The notes under the pieces were generated by a model, which was not told the DNA's origin, made no database searches, and saw only the letters and a list, made by a program, of their open reading frames with translations. A stretch of 64,000 bases of DNA from Candidatus Woesebacteria bacterium (lineage in GTDB: Bacteria; Patescibacteriota; Saccharimonadia; Saccharimonadales; EFPC-124), in assembly GCA_050115675.1 (NCBI GenBank), contig JASFQB010000003.1, positions 34,673-98,672 of the forward strand. Direction: 5' to 3'. The translations under genes were made by a program, and so were the position numbers. How positions within the stretch are numbered: position 1 is the stretch's first letter; each line of letters starts with the position of its first letter. Of the stretch, positions 7,912 through 17,810 are shown one piece after another.

Positions 7912-9345
7912 ATGCCCATTCGCAGCGTCAAACTATATAGTATTGCCCTAATAATTGGAGATTTTGTCACTTTACTTGCAGCCTTTGTTTTGGCCTATGT
8001 TTTGCGCGTTCAGTTTGACAATCGCCCCCTACTTAATGACGTTTATGCGATTGATTTTTTACTTACATCTTTAGCACTTATCCCACTTTGGATTGCAGTT
8101 TTTATGACGCTGGGACTTTACCGCAGCAATGTATATAATCGCCGCTTAACAGAGTACGGCAAGCTTATTGAAGGCTGCTTAATTGGCATTTTAATAATAA
8201 TTGGCTTTGCCTTTGTTTTTGACGAGCCGATCTTTCCTGCACGACTAGTGCCTTTTTATGCCTTTTTGGGAGCTCTATTATTTTTATTGATCGAACGAGA
8301 GTCTTTACGCCAATTGCGCGAAGTAATGTACCGCTACGGACGTGGAATCCGTCGTGTGCTAATTATTGGCACATCTGATGCAATTGCTGACATTGCTGCA
8401 AATATTGGAGATACAAAAAAATCTGGCTACAAAGTCGTAGCTATTGCGTCACCAAAAAAATTGCTACCAAAGAACTACAAAGGCCGCCACTACAGCGTTT
8501 TAAATAGCGCCCTAAAAGATCTAGAGCATCTTAAAATTACCACCATAGTTCAAACAGATTTGTACGACTCATCAGAACGTAATCAAGCCATATTACACGC
8601 CGCACAAGCTAACCATATTGCATATAGTTTTATACCTGGCGAACCAGAATTTTACTCCGGAAAAAACACCGTAGATGTATTTTTAGGCTACCCCGTTATA
8701 TCTGTTCATCAAACACCGTTAATAGGCTGGGGTGTAATTGCAAAACGGATATTTGACCTGATAGCGACCACTTTAATTGCAATTATATTGTCACCACTGC
8801 TACTTATTGTAGTTATACTTCAAAAAATATTAAATCCGGGGCCAATTTTGTTTGTAAATAAAAGACTAGGGCTTTACGCCAAACCTTTTGGACTTTACAA
8901 GTTTAGATCCATGAGTCAAAAATACGGCGGTGATGCAATTAAAGCGTTTCAAAAGATGGGCCGCCCAGATCTTATAGAAGAATATAAAATTAATCGAAAA
9001 ATCGTTAACGATCCGCGCGTTACGCCATTTGGCAAATTTTTGCGAGCAACGTCTATAGATGAGCTGCCCCAATTAATAAACGTCTTTAAAGGCGACATTA
9101 GCCTTGTTGGACCTCGTCCAATTTTGCCAGACGAGCTACATTTTTATAAAGGGCGAGGCGCACTGCTACACAGTGTAAAGCCTGGCATAACTGGACTTTG
9201 GCAAGTTTCTGGACGCAGTGATTTATCTTTTGATCAGCGAGTAGAATTAGAGCTTTACTACGCACAAAACTGGAGCTTTTGGCTAGATATTAAGATATTG
9301 TTTAAAACTATCAGCGCAGTTTTTAATAAATCTGGAGCAAGATAA
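7912..9345 (+). CDS. Polyprenyl-phosphate sugar phosphotransferase (WbaP/CpsE-type initiating enzyme)
   Basis: 477 aa with N-terminal TM block. C-terminal KRIFDLIATTL...YKFRSM...DELPQLINVFKGDISLVGPRP bacterial sugar-transferase signature. Confidence 0.9.
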   Translation: MPIRSVKLYSIALIIGDFVTLLAAFVLAYVLRVQFDNRPLLNDVYAIDFLLTSLALIPLWIAVFMTLGLYRSNVYNRRLTEYGKLIEGCLIGILIIIGFAFVFDEPIFPARLVPFYAFLGALLFLLIERESLRQLREVMYRYGRGIRRVLIIGTSDAIADIAANIGDTKKSGYKVVAIASPKKLLPKNYKGRHYSVLNSALKDLEHLKITTIVQTDLYDSSERNQAILHAAQANHIAYSFIPGEPEFYSGKNTVDVFLGYPVISVHQTPLIGWGVIAKRIFDLIATTLIAIILSPLLLIVVILQKILNPGPILFVNKRLGLYAKPFGLYKFRSMSQKYGGDAIKAFQKMGRPDLIEEYKINRKIVNDPRVTPFGKFLRATSIDELPQLINVFKGDISLVGPRPILPDELHFYKGRGALLHSVKPGITGLWQVSGRSDLSFDQRVELELYYAQNWSFWLDIKILFKTISAVFNKSGAR

Positions 9346-10454
9346 TGAGCAAGCCCAAAATTGCTATTGTTACAGATTGGCTAACAAACATGGGCGGCGC
9401 AGAGCATTTACTTTACTCGCTACACATGGCCTTTCCAGACGCGCCAATTTATACCTCTGTTTTTTCTGCAGAAAAATGCCCTCAGTTTAAAAATCTAGAC
9501 GTACGCACTACCTACCTGCAAAAATTACCGCGTTTTTTACGAGAGAAGCATCAGCTATTTCCTGTTTTTAGAACAAGAGCATTTAAAAAGCTAAACCTTA
9601 ACGAATACGATGTTGTTATTTCGTGCGCAAGCGCAGAAGCAAAGGCCGTAAAGGCCAGAAACGGCGCCACTCACATTTGCTATTGCCACACCCCCACCCG
9701 CTACTACTGGAGTCACTACGAAGAATACAAACAAAACCCTGGCTTTGGTGCATTAGATCCAATTATCAAATTACTAATACCCCCATTTGTTAAATGGATG
9801 CGCAAATTAGATTTAGAATCCATAACGGGAGTGGACTATTTTATCGCCAACTCGCACGAGGTACAAAACAGAATTAAAAAGTATTATCACAAAGATTCAA
9901 CCGTAATCTTTCCACCAGTAGAAACCAAGCGCTTTAGTCCAACTACAAAGGTCGAAAAACAAGACTACTATTTGGTTGCAGGACGCCAAACTCCATACAA
10001 GCGCATTGATCTAGCCATTTCTACATGTAACAATCTTCAAAAACCGTTAATAGTAATTGGTCGAGGCAGCGAACATCAAAAACTTGTAGCAATGGCCGGA
10101 CCAACAGTTAAATTTGCCACAAATGTTAGCGACAAAGACATGGCGCAGTACTTTCAGCGCGCAAAAGGCTTTATTTTTCCATCTCTTGAAGACTTTGGAA
10201 TTGTACCCGTTGAGGCATTAGCGGCAGGCACACCAGTGGTAGCATTTAACAAGGGCGGCACGCTCGATTATATTAAAGAAGGCATAAATGGAGTCTTTTT
10301 TGATAAACAAACACCCGAATCTGTCGCAAAAGCTGTAAATAAGTTAGAAAAAACAAAGTTTAACAGTAAAAAAATTACAGAAGACGCTAAGACATTTGAT
10401 GAAGAAGTCTTTATAAAAAACATGCAAAATTTTGTAAAAAGCAAAACAAGCTAA
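9345..10454 (+). CDS. Glycosyltransferase family 4
   Basis: 369 aa. GT-B C-terminal signature FPSLEDFGIVPVEALAAGTPVV. TAATG overlap with the upstream gene. Confidence 0.85.
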   Translation: MSKPKIAIVTDWLTNMGGAEHLLYSLHMAFPDAPIYTSVFSAEKCPQFKNLDVRTTYLQKLPRFLREKHQLFPVFRTRAFKKLNLNEYDVVISCASAEAKAVKARNGATHICYCHTPTRYYWSHYEEYKQNPGFGALDPIIKLLIPPFVKWMRKLDLESITGVDYFIANSHEVQNRIKKYYHKDSTVIFPPVETKRFSPTTKVEKQDYYLVAGRQTPYKRIDLAISTCNNLQKPLIVIGRGSEHQKLVAMAGPTVKFATNVSDKDMAQYFQRAKGFIFPSLEDFGIVPVEALAAGTPVVAFNKGGTLDYIKEGINGVFFDKQTPESVAKAVNKLEKTKFNSKKITEDAKTFDEEVFIKNMQNFVKSKTS

Positions 10455-10484
10455 AAGCGAGCCCCCAAACGAACCCGCTTTTTA
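10454..10484 (+). terminator. Imperfect hairpin plus T-run after GT4 gene
   Basis: AAAGCGAG...CCCGCTTTTT. Stem has one bulge, followed by a TTTTT run. Confidence 0.4.
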
Positions 10485-10498
10485 AGTAAATTGACTAT

Positions 10499-12367
10499 CT
10501 AATATCCACCACCGCAGCACATATTGCCACCATACACGCCCTGATAGTCAGTCATCTTAAACTGATTACCACCATCAACCGACATAATATACAGCTCGCT
10601 ATTATCTTTTGACATCAGCAGATAGCCATCTGTATACCAACCAACTGCACCATACTCTACGCCAGACAATAACACAGTAGAGTTACCTCCTAAAGAATCA
10701 CCCAATAGTAAGGTCTGCTTTCCATCTCGAGACTCGCTCCAAAAGGTTTTTTGCTTATTTGGCGCCAGTATATAATCAGGGTAACTTCTTCCCCAATCCG
10801 AATCTGTAATATTTGGAGCACTAGTCACACTTCCGTCACTGTACCAAAAGTAACTTACTGCCGTACCTGAGTTAAGCCTGATTATAAGTTGATCTGTGTT
10901 GTATTGCTTGGTAATAAGAGTCTGATTTGTTGTATCAACTTCTTTTAATGTGCGAACATTTGAGCCATCTGCATTCATAGCGACCACAACGCCCTTTTTG
11001 CCATCTAATATAGACGACGATCCACTGCCGACTATCCAATCTTTTGTAGCTACTACACTATTCTTTAAAATAGCAAGATTGTTATACACTTCGTACGCGT
11101 AGTTACCAGAATCCCCATTTGCAGCAGCAACATCTATAACGCTAAGCTTTTTTGAGTTTGCATCAAAGCTTTTAATAACGTTTTGGCCAGACTCCCAACG
11201 CTCTACATAGCCGTTGTACTCCAAATACACAAACCTGTCGTCAGACCATCCCATCGTGTTGAACGAAACCTTATCATTACCATCATCTATAACAGACAAT
11301 GAGTCGTTTGAAGTACTAATTAGGTACAGCTTGATGTTGTTTTCTCTGCGAGCTTTAAGCACTAAATATTTTAGGTCAGACGAGGGTATGAGCGCTGTAC
11401 TCCAGTCTTCTTCATTGCCCGTACCAGCCAAAACCGTCTCTGCTGCGGTACCGTCAAGGTTTGACTTCATAACATCTAATTTACCAGTACGCTTACTTAA
11501 AAAGTACACCTTACCGCTTGGGGTTAGATTAAACGAGTTGCTATCGTTCATATCTTCAGTTACTTTAACCTTGGTAGACAGTTCGTTATACCCATCCATC
11601 GATATGGTAGCATCTACCTCTGTTTTTTCAGCAGGCAAAACAATAATCGCCTCGCCATTTTCGTCTGTTTTTGCAGAGTTCTCGCTCGTAACAATGGCGA
11701 CATTTTCTATTGGCGCCTTGGTAATGGTATTCATAACCTTAACGGGAACCTGACGACCAGCGGCTATCAGCTGAACTTGATCAACTTCTGGATTTTTCAA
11801 TATCCAAACATTAACCTGAGCATGCGCACCAGAATAGTAATTTTTTGTAATCGTAGCCGTATATCTACCCACGGAAACACCCTTAAACAAAGCATTGCCA
11901 TCGCTATCAGTAGTAACGCTCTGTCCCGCTAGATCTATCCTCGCCTCGGTTACAGGCTTTTTGGTCTCACTATCAATTACGCTAAGCGTAACGTCTTTTT
12001 TAATAACACTGCCTAAAATTCCGTACCTGGTAGTGGGTATAGCAAGCAAAACGCCAGCCACCACAAACAAAGAGAGCAAAACAATAACTACTTTGCCCCA
12101 TTTGGTTTTTAAAAACGCACGCAGCTTAACAAACTTTTTAGGCTTTTGTGATTTTGCAGAATTTACTGGGGCACTTGACTGCGAAGACTCCAAATCAGGC
12201 ACAAGCTCAGACTTATTTTTTGGATTAACACTAGGCTGCTCTGCTTCATTCTCTATTTTGCGAGCCTCTTCTTCTGCATCGCTAGGTTGCGTATCCACAC
12301 CCACATCAGCAGTGTTGTCTTTTATTTTAAAGTCATCGTCCTGCTTTTTACTGTCTTTTTTTGTCAT
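10499..12367 (-). CDS. Large membrane-anchored surface protein (disordered N-terminus, carboxypeptidase-regulatory-like beta domains, beta-rich C-terminal domain)
   Basis: 622 aa. Acidic/Lys-rich first 90 aa, one TM helix (VVIVLLSLFVVAGVLLAI), two VxVxDxxTxxPxxxAxI...DxxGxAxF repeats, long Ser/Asn/Gly/Tyr-rich C-terminal half ending MCCGGGY. Confidence 0.65.
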   Translation of the reverse strand: MTKKDSKKQDDDFKIKDNTADVGVDTQPSDAEEEARKIENEAEQPSVNPKNKSELVPDLESSQSSAPVNSAKSQKPKKFVKLRAFLKTKWGKVVIVLLSLFVVAGVLLAIPTTRYGILGSVIKKDVTLSVIDSETKKPVTEARIDLAGQSVTTDSDGNALFKGVSVGRYTATITKNYYSGAHAQVNVWILKNPEVDQVQLIAAGRQVPVKVMNTITKAPIENVAIVTSENSAKTDENGEAIIVLPAEKTEVDATISMDGYNELSTKVKVTEDMNDSNSFNLTPSGKVYFLSKRTGKLDVMKSNLDGTAAETVLAGTGNEEDWSTALIPSSDLKYLVLKARRENNIKLYLISTSNDSLSVIDDGNDKVSFNTMGWSDDRFVYLEYNGYVERWESGQNVIKSFDANSKKLSVIDVAAANGDSGNYAYEVYNNLAILKNSVVATKDWIVGSGSSSILDGKKGVVVAMNADGSNVRTLKEVDTTNQTLITKQYNTDQLIIRLNSGTAVSYFWYSDGSVTSAPNITDSDWGRSYPDYILAPNKQKTFWSESRDGKQTLLLGDSLGGNSTVLLSGVEYGAVGWYTDGYLLMSKDNSELYIMSVDGGNQFKMTDYQGVYGGNMCCGGGY

Positions 12368-12419
12368 AACCGCTCCCTATTTACTTTAAAGATTAAACGG
12401 TTTCAACTTAAAGCGCAAG

Positions 12420-13466
12420 CTATTTATCAGAACGTTCTTTAATTTTGTTAACAATATCCTTGACTTTTTGTGACTGGTCCTTGCGTGCAACTAAAATTCC
12501 ATTGTCGGTGTTAATAACCACTACATTATTTAAGCCAATGACCGCCAAGGGTTTATCATCAACATCGTTACGAATGTAAGAATTTTCTACATTTTCTATC
12601 TCTACAAAACCTTGTTCGTAGTTACCGTTATCGTCTGTTTCGGATACACCATGAACATCGTTAAATGAGCCTAAATCCATCCAGTCAAAAGTTGCCGGCA
12701 CAACTAGTAAGTTTTCGGACTTTTCCATTAAGGCGTAGTCGATGGCAATCTTTTCAAAGTTCAAAAATACCTCGTCGCGCGCATGTGCCGTTTTTGTAGC
12801 CTGCAATTGCCGATATCGCTCAAGCATATCTGGGGCATACTTTTGCATAGTATCAACAAATGTATTTATGGAACCCACAAAGTAACCAGCATTCCAAAGA
12901 TAATTGCCACTTCTAATATACTGCTGCGCAACCCTTCGTTCTGGCTTTTCTTTAAAGCCCTTTACTGTAAATACGTTCTCTTTTTCGTCCAAAGCTTCGT
13001 CTTTTTGAATATAGCCAAACCCTGTTGCTGGGTAAGATGGCTCAACACCAATCAAAGTAATAGCGTTATGCTCTTTTGAGGCGTGCTGAGCAATACGAAA
13101 CGATTTTACAAAACCACGAGCATCTCTTATGAAGTGGTCAGCATGCAAAAAGGCAATCGGTTCACTATTGTCGTGACGAGACTGAACATGGTTTAGCGCC
13201 AACAAAATACAACCCGCAGTATCACGCCGAGCTGGCTCAACAATAAAATGCTCGTTGCTAAGCTCTGGCAGCTGGTTTTTAACATGCTGCAGATGATCTT
13301 TGCCAGTTGCAATATAAACATGCTCAGAGATTCTTTTAGCACGCCTATACGTACCCTGAAGCAAAGAGTCGTCGCCCACTAAGTTTAATAGATGTTTTGG
13401 ATATTCATTTGTTGATAGCGGCCACAGACGCGTGCCCGAGCCACCTGCAATAATCACGGTAATCAT
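12420..13466 (-). CDS. manC: Mannose-1-phosphate guanylyltransferase
   Basis: Start moved to ATG 13466 (MITVIIAGGSGTRLWPLS, the nucleotidyltransferase G-loop) behind AAAGG. The rest matches the ManC/CpsB N-terminal domain. Confidence 0.88.
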   Translation of the reverse strand: MITVIIAGGSGTRLWPLSTNEYPKHLLNLVGDDSLLQGTYRRAKRISEHVYIATGKDHLQHVKNQLPELSNEHFIVEPARRDTAGCILLALNHVQSRHDNSEPIAFLHADHFIRDARGFVKSFRIAQHASKEHNAITLIGVEPSYPATGFGYIQKDEALDEKENVFTVKGFKEKPERRVAQQYIRSGNYLWNAGYFVGSINTFVDTMQKYAPDMLERYRQLQATKTAHARDEVFLNFEKIAIDYALMEKSENLLVVPATFDWMDLGSFNDVHGVSETDDNGNYEQGFVEIENVENSYIRNDVDDKPLAVIGLNNVVVINTDNGILVARKDQSQKVKDIVNKIKERSDK

Positions 13467-13571
13467 AGTACCTTTAGTGTAACATATAAAATCATAACAA
13501 TAAGCATGATTCAAGTGTTTATTAACAGATAAGTGCACCCGTTACAATTATCTGTTACACTGTTTATTGAA

Positions 13572-14510
13572 ATGAAAGTTATTATCCAAATCCCTTGCCT
13601 TAACGAAGAAAAAACTTTACCCCTTGTGCTTAAGGGTATTCCTAAAAAAATCAAAAATGCCGACAACGTAGAAGTCTTAATTATTGACGACGGTTCAACA
13701 GACAAAACCATACAAATTGCCAAAGATTACGGCGTAAAACATTTTGTTCGTCACAGACGCAATATGGGACTAGCCAGATCTTTTCATGACGGCATAACCA
13801 AAGCTCTTGAACTAGGAGCAGACATTGTTGTGAATACAGATGGCGACAATCAATATCCTGGCAAGTACATTAACGATTTAGTCCAACCAATAATAAACGG
13901 CCAAGCAGAAATTGTTATTGCAGACAGGCAAACCGCCAAAATTAGCGAGTTTTCGCTTGTTAAAAAGCTTTTACAGCGCTTTGGCAGCTTTATCGTTAAC
14001 AAAGCGGCTGGCACAGATATACCAGACGCACCAAGCGGCTTTAGAGCTTATTCTCGAGAGTCGTTAATGCAGTTAAACATAATTACCCGCTTTAGCTACA
14101 CCATGGAAACCATAATTCAGGCTGGTAACAAACGCTTGGCCATTACCAGTATTCCCATAAAAACCAACCCAAAAACACGTGAATCTCGATTGTTTAAAAA
14201 TATATGGCAGCACGTTTTTAAGTCTGCCAGCGCCATAATTCGCGCATACATTATGTACAGACCATACGTCGTCTTTATTACTGCGGGAGTAGTGTTCTTT
14301 GTTTGCGGCATAGCTCCGTTTGTAAGATATGCCGTACTTTTAGCCAGCGGCGACAAAGGTGACCATATCCAATCGCTACTGTTTGGCGCAGTATTACTAA
14401 TATTTGCGCTACTTTGTGGCGCACTAGGTGTAATATCTGATCTTATCCGAACCAACAGAATTTTACACGAGGACACGCTTGAGCGAGTAAAAAGAATTCA
14501 GCTTAAGTAG
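13572..14510 (+). CDS. Glycosyltransferase family 2 with C-terminal TM helices (polyprenol-phosphate sugar synthase type)
   Basis: Start moved to ATG 13572 (MKVIIQIPCLNEE). Contains DDGSTD, TDGDNQ (DxD) and two C-terminal TM helices. Confidence 0.85.
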   Translation: MKVIIQIPCLNEEKTLPLVLKGIPKKIKNADNVEVLIIDDGSTDKTIQIAKDYGVKHFVRHRRNMGLARSFHDGITKALELGADIVVNTDGDNQYPGKYINDLVQPIINGQAEIVIADRQTAKISEFSLVKKLLQRFGSFIVNKAAGTDIPDAPSGFRAYSRESLMQLNIITRFSYTMETIIQAGNKRLAITSIPIKTNPKTRESRLFKNIWQHVFKSASAIIRAYIMYRPYVVFITAGVVFFVCGIAPFVRYAVLLASGDKGDHIQSLLFGAVLLIFALLCGALGVISDLIRTNRILHEDTLERVKRIQLK

Positions 14511-15450
14511 ATTTTACAAACCTAGAAACCACGTAGCTTAACAGCCAATAAACAACGTCCAGTAGTACCGACCACACTCTTAGCAAAACAACGACTGCCA
14601 AGCTTATTTCTGCCGGCAAAATCTTTACTAAAAACAGCATGATTACTCCTTCGCGAACACCAAGACCACTTGGAGCAAATATTGCCAAGGTTCCTATTGC
14701 ACCTGCAAAAATAAACGCACCCGATATATACAGTAGCTCAACAATGCCTATATCAAAACCTGCAGCTTTAACCAAAAAATATATTGGCAAGCCGCTTAAA
14801 GCATTAACAAAGGTGTATTCTAGCGCAACCTTTACAAGATCGGGCAATTTTATAGTGTATTTGGCGTCTAATGGTCGCTTTTTAAGCAGCTTGTAGGCTT
14901 TTTTAAGCATAAAGTTAAATACAGGAGGACTTACCGCAATAAGCCCGACCACCGTCGCAAATAAAAAGAAGATGTTGTACCAAACCGAAAAATTTGAATA
15001 CGCACCACTTACAAACAAGAATGCCACCCCAATTAAAAGCGCCGTCAAAAGCTGCAAAGCAGCCTCAACAAGCGCAGTCACGCCAAGAGTTGTTTTGCCA
15101 ATGCCCATTCCCATGGCAAAGTAGATTTTGCCACCTACCCAAGCAACCTTACCTGGGATATACCTGCCAAGCCACGATTTTGCGTAAATGTAATTTAGCT
15201 GCCAGTAAGCATAATGGCCACGCACTTCCTCGTACATCTTAATTAGCTGCACCCAAATACTCGGCAAAAAAACCCGCGATAATATACTTACAGGAACAGC
15301 AGCAGCCATAAACCACCAATTAATGTGTACGCTGGCAAGCTTAGAAAAATCCAATTTTACAACATACCAACCAATAAAAATGGCCATCACTGCATAAAAA
15401 AGCAGCGTAATAGCAGTTTTAAGCTTTTTATTTATCAGAGTATTTTTCAT
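14503..15450 (-). CDS. Flippase-like membrane protein (lysyl-PG-synthase TM-domain family)
   Basis: About 315 aa, 8 TM helices. SWLGRYIPGKVAWVGGKIYF motif. ATG 15450 preferred over the TTG at 15453. Confidence 0.7.
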   Translation of the reverse strand: MKNTLINKKLKTAITLLFYAVMAIFIGWYVVKLDFSKLASVHINWWFMAAAVPVSILSRVFLPSIWVQLIKMYEEVRGHYAYWQLNYIYAKSWLGRYIPGKVAWVGGKIYFAMGMGIGKTTLGVTALVEAALQLLTALLIGVAFLFVSGAYSNFSVWYNIFFLFATVVGLIAVSPPVFNFMLKKAYKLLKKRPLDAKYTIKLPDLVKVALEYTFVNALSGLPIYFLVKAAGFDIGIVELLYISGAFIFAGAIGTLAIFAPSGLGVREGVIMLFLVKILPAEISLAVVVLLRVWSVLLDVVYWLLSYVVSRFVKST

Positions 15451-16630
15451 CAATTTTTAGAACGTTTTCTGCATCTTTTAAAATAAGCTGACGCAGTTTG
15501 CTTACTCGTTCGTTTAAGTGCTGACTAGAACTGTCATGGTTTGCATAAGCCTTTTCTATAGTTTTTGTAAGATCGCTTGCCGAAAAATCAAATAAATCTA
15601 AAACATATTCGTCAATTTTTAATCGCTTAAACAAGTGTTTAACCTTTGTTTCGTAAGCAATACCAACCACAGGAGTATACATGGACGCAGACAACAGCAA
15701 AGAGTGCAGTCTCATACCCAAAACCATGTAGGCGTGTTTAAATAACGCAATACCTACCTCTGCCCGCAGCTCCTCGGCAATAACCACTACGTTTTTTGAC
15801 TTGGCAAGCCGAGCAATTTGGTTCATTAGCTCTACGTCAGAATCTGGACCATAATAATGCATAGCCATAAGCACAATCTTGTCAAATTTTGACGACACTT
15901 CGTCAATGGTTTTGGCAATTTTTTTAGGAGTTTCGTCTATTACTTTTGAACCCATGTACTCGTCAAGATAAAGTCGTTTTTTGTCTGGCGACATAACGCG
16001 CGGAGCCACAACCAAAAGTTTTTCGTCCCAACCAATTTTGTATCGTTGCAAAACGTTTTTAAGCTGATCATCAGGTGCGGCAGGAGCAAAAAACGCAGAA
16101 TCTGCCGTTTTTACCACTCCATTTACACCTAAACCACTTAAGATCTTCTGCGATCCGTCGTCTCGAGCACTAACATAGCTAGCTTTGTTTAAAACTTTTG
16201 GAATATACCATTTGCCGTAGCTGCTTTTTATTGGTTTTACGCCTGCGCCAAAAACCATAAATGGCTTTTTAAGCAATACGGGTAAAACAAAATAAAGTGT
16301 CCTGATTTTGTGCGAAAAATCAAAAATTGGCGTTCCACCACTAATAATAACTCTGTCAGAGTCTTTAAAAATCGCAACCAGGCTTGCCCATTTCCATGGC
16401 TTTATGGCATCAGATTTTACCAAGGCGCGCTTTCCTGTAACGCCGTTTGTGCTTGTGTAATCTACATCTGTAGATAAAAAGCCCATATAGTAATGCTTGC
16501 CAGCATTTATTTTGCCGTACAGCTCTTTAATACCTAATAATATTGCGGTATCGCCAATGTTGCGACTTCCATACCAACCGCCCCAAACTAACGTTTTATG
16601 GATTTTTTTAGGTCTGTGCAGATCACTCAT
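15428..16630 (-). CDS. Polysaccharide pyruvyl transferase family protein
   Basis: 400 aa. N-terminal GGWYGSRNIGDTAIL and overall WcaK/CsaB-like layout. Confidence 0.8.
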   Translation of the reverse strand: MSDLHRPKKIHKTLVWGGWYGSRNIGDTAILLGIKELYGKINAGKHYYMGFLSTDVDYTSTNGVTGKRALVKSDAIKPWKWASLVAIFKDSDRVIISGGTPIFDFSHKIRTLYFVLPVLLKKPFMVFGAGVKPIKSSYGKWYIPKVLNKASYVSARDDGSQKILSGLGVNGVVKTADSAFFAPAAPDDQLKNVLQRYKIGWDEKLLVVAPRVMSPDKKRLYLDEYMGSKVIDETPKKIAKTIDEVSSKFDKIVLMAMHYYGPDSDVELMNQIARLAKSKNVVVIAEELRAEVGIALFKHAYMVLGMRLHSLLLSASMYTPVVGIAYETKVKHLFKRLKIDEYVLDLFDFSASDLTKTIEKAYANHDSSSQHLNERVSKLRQLILKDAENVLKIDEKYSDK

Positions 16631-17808
16631 TATTTTACTTCCTTAAGATACTCTTGGGCGATTTTTTTAAAATCAAACTCTTCTTTTACTTTGGTCATTG
16701 CGTTTTTAGATATTGCACCTCTTAGCTTATCATCATCTAACAGCTTTTTCACTTTGTTAACCCAATCTTTTGTGTTTTTTTCTTCTACAAAAACGCCTGT
16801 TTGCCAATCTTCAATAAACTGCTCGCGAGTTTTGTAATAGGTTGACACAACTGGCGCACCACAAGCCATTGCCTCTACAATTGTTGTTGGCAGAGGGTCG
16901 TAACCCTTAGAAAAAACCGAAACCACATCTGCCATGCTGTAATAAAGTGGCAAATCTTTGTCTGGCACATTTTGCTTTAAAACAATTTTATTTTTGCAGT
17001 CAGAGCCTTTAATTGTCTTTAACATTTCTTGATAGTACGAGCTATCGTGAGAATGCTGAACTCCCACAATGACAAGCTTTGCGTCTGGCGATTTTAACCG
17101 CTCAAAAGCATTAATAGTTTCGGCAATACCTTTTGCAGGCGTAAATCTTGAGACAGACAGGATTATACGGTCTTTCTGCCCAATTTTTAACTTTTCACGC
17201 AGACTTTTCACGCTGTTCAGATTTGCTGGACAAAACCTTCTTGCGTCCACGCCAGAGGTTATTGTGCCAATTTTGCTACTTTGCACACCCCACTTTTTTA
17301 AAGTTGTATCTTCAAATTTTGCCGTCGTGTTTACTAGCTTAGACTTACGCCAAGTTAGCTTTTTGGCTGGATCTCGCAGCAATTTTATAGCCAAAAAACC
17401 CAGCACTTCTTTGGGTTTTAAGGAGTAATTTTTTACGTCCTCTAGCCCGCTGGCAACATAAATTATTGGGGCATTTATTTTTTGCAGATGCTCTAGCGAC
17501 AATGGCGAGTTGCAAATTATTAAATCTGCTTGTTTTTGTAGTTTTTTAAATAAGCTCGCGCGGTTTGCGCTAACATCAAAACTTGTACCAAAAAATTTGG
17601 CTAGTTCACTTTTATATCTGTAAATTTTAACACCATCTAGTGCGGACTGCTCTGGATCATCACCTTCCCTCCGAGTTAAAACTGTAACTTCGTGACCCAT
17701 TTTGGCAAGCGTACGCGACAGCGTAAAGCTATAGCGTAAATCGCCGCAGGTCAGTGGTTCGTTAAGCGAATTTGGATACCTATATCCTGGCAAAAATAAT
17801 ATCTTCAT
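16630..17808 (-). CDS. Glycosyltransferase family 4
   Basis: 392 aa GT-B. C-terminal ...SKGYDPLPTTIVEAMACGAPVV. Confidence 0.85.
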   Translation of the reverse strand: MKILFLPGYRYPNSLNEPLTCGDLRYSFTLSRTLAKMGHEVTVLTRREGDDPEQSALDGVKIYRYKSELAKFFGTSFDVSANRASLFKKLQKQADLIICNSPLSLEHLQKINAPIIYVASGLEDVKNYSLKPKEVLGFLAIKLLRDPAKKLTWRKSKLVNTTAKFEDTTLKKWGVQSSKIGTITSGVDARRFCPANLNSVKSLREKLKIGQKDRIILSVSRFTPAKGIAETINAFERLKSPDAKLVIVGVQHSHDSSYYQEMLKTIKGSDCKNKIVLKQNVPDKDLPLYYSMADVVSVFSKGYDPLPTTIVEAMACGAPVVSTYYKTREQFIEDWQTGVFVEEKNTKDWVNKVKKLLDDDKLRGAISKNAMTKVKEEFDFKKIAQEYLKEVK

Positions 17809-17810
17809 GG

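Noticed and set aside
11214-12389. 179-aa and 164-aa plus-strand ORFs
   Set aside because: Both are antisense to the 622-aa surface-protein gene, with Ser/Leu/Phe-rich translations and no SD.
13511-13723. 70-aa minus-strand ORF and the N-terminal extensions of the manC (13467..13538) and GT2 (13533..13571) ORFs
   Set aside because: The conserved N-terminal motifs (MITVIIAGGSGTRLWPLS and MKVIIQIPCLNEE) begin at internal ATGs. The extensions overlap each other across a divergent promoter region.
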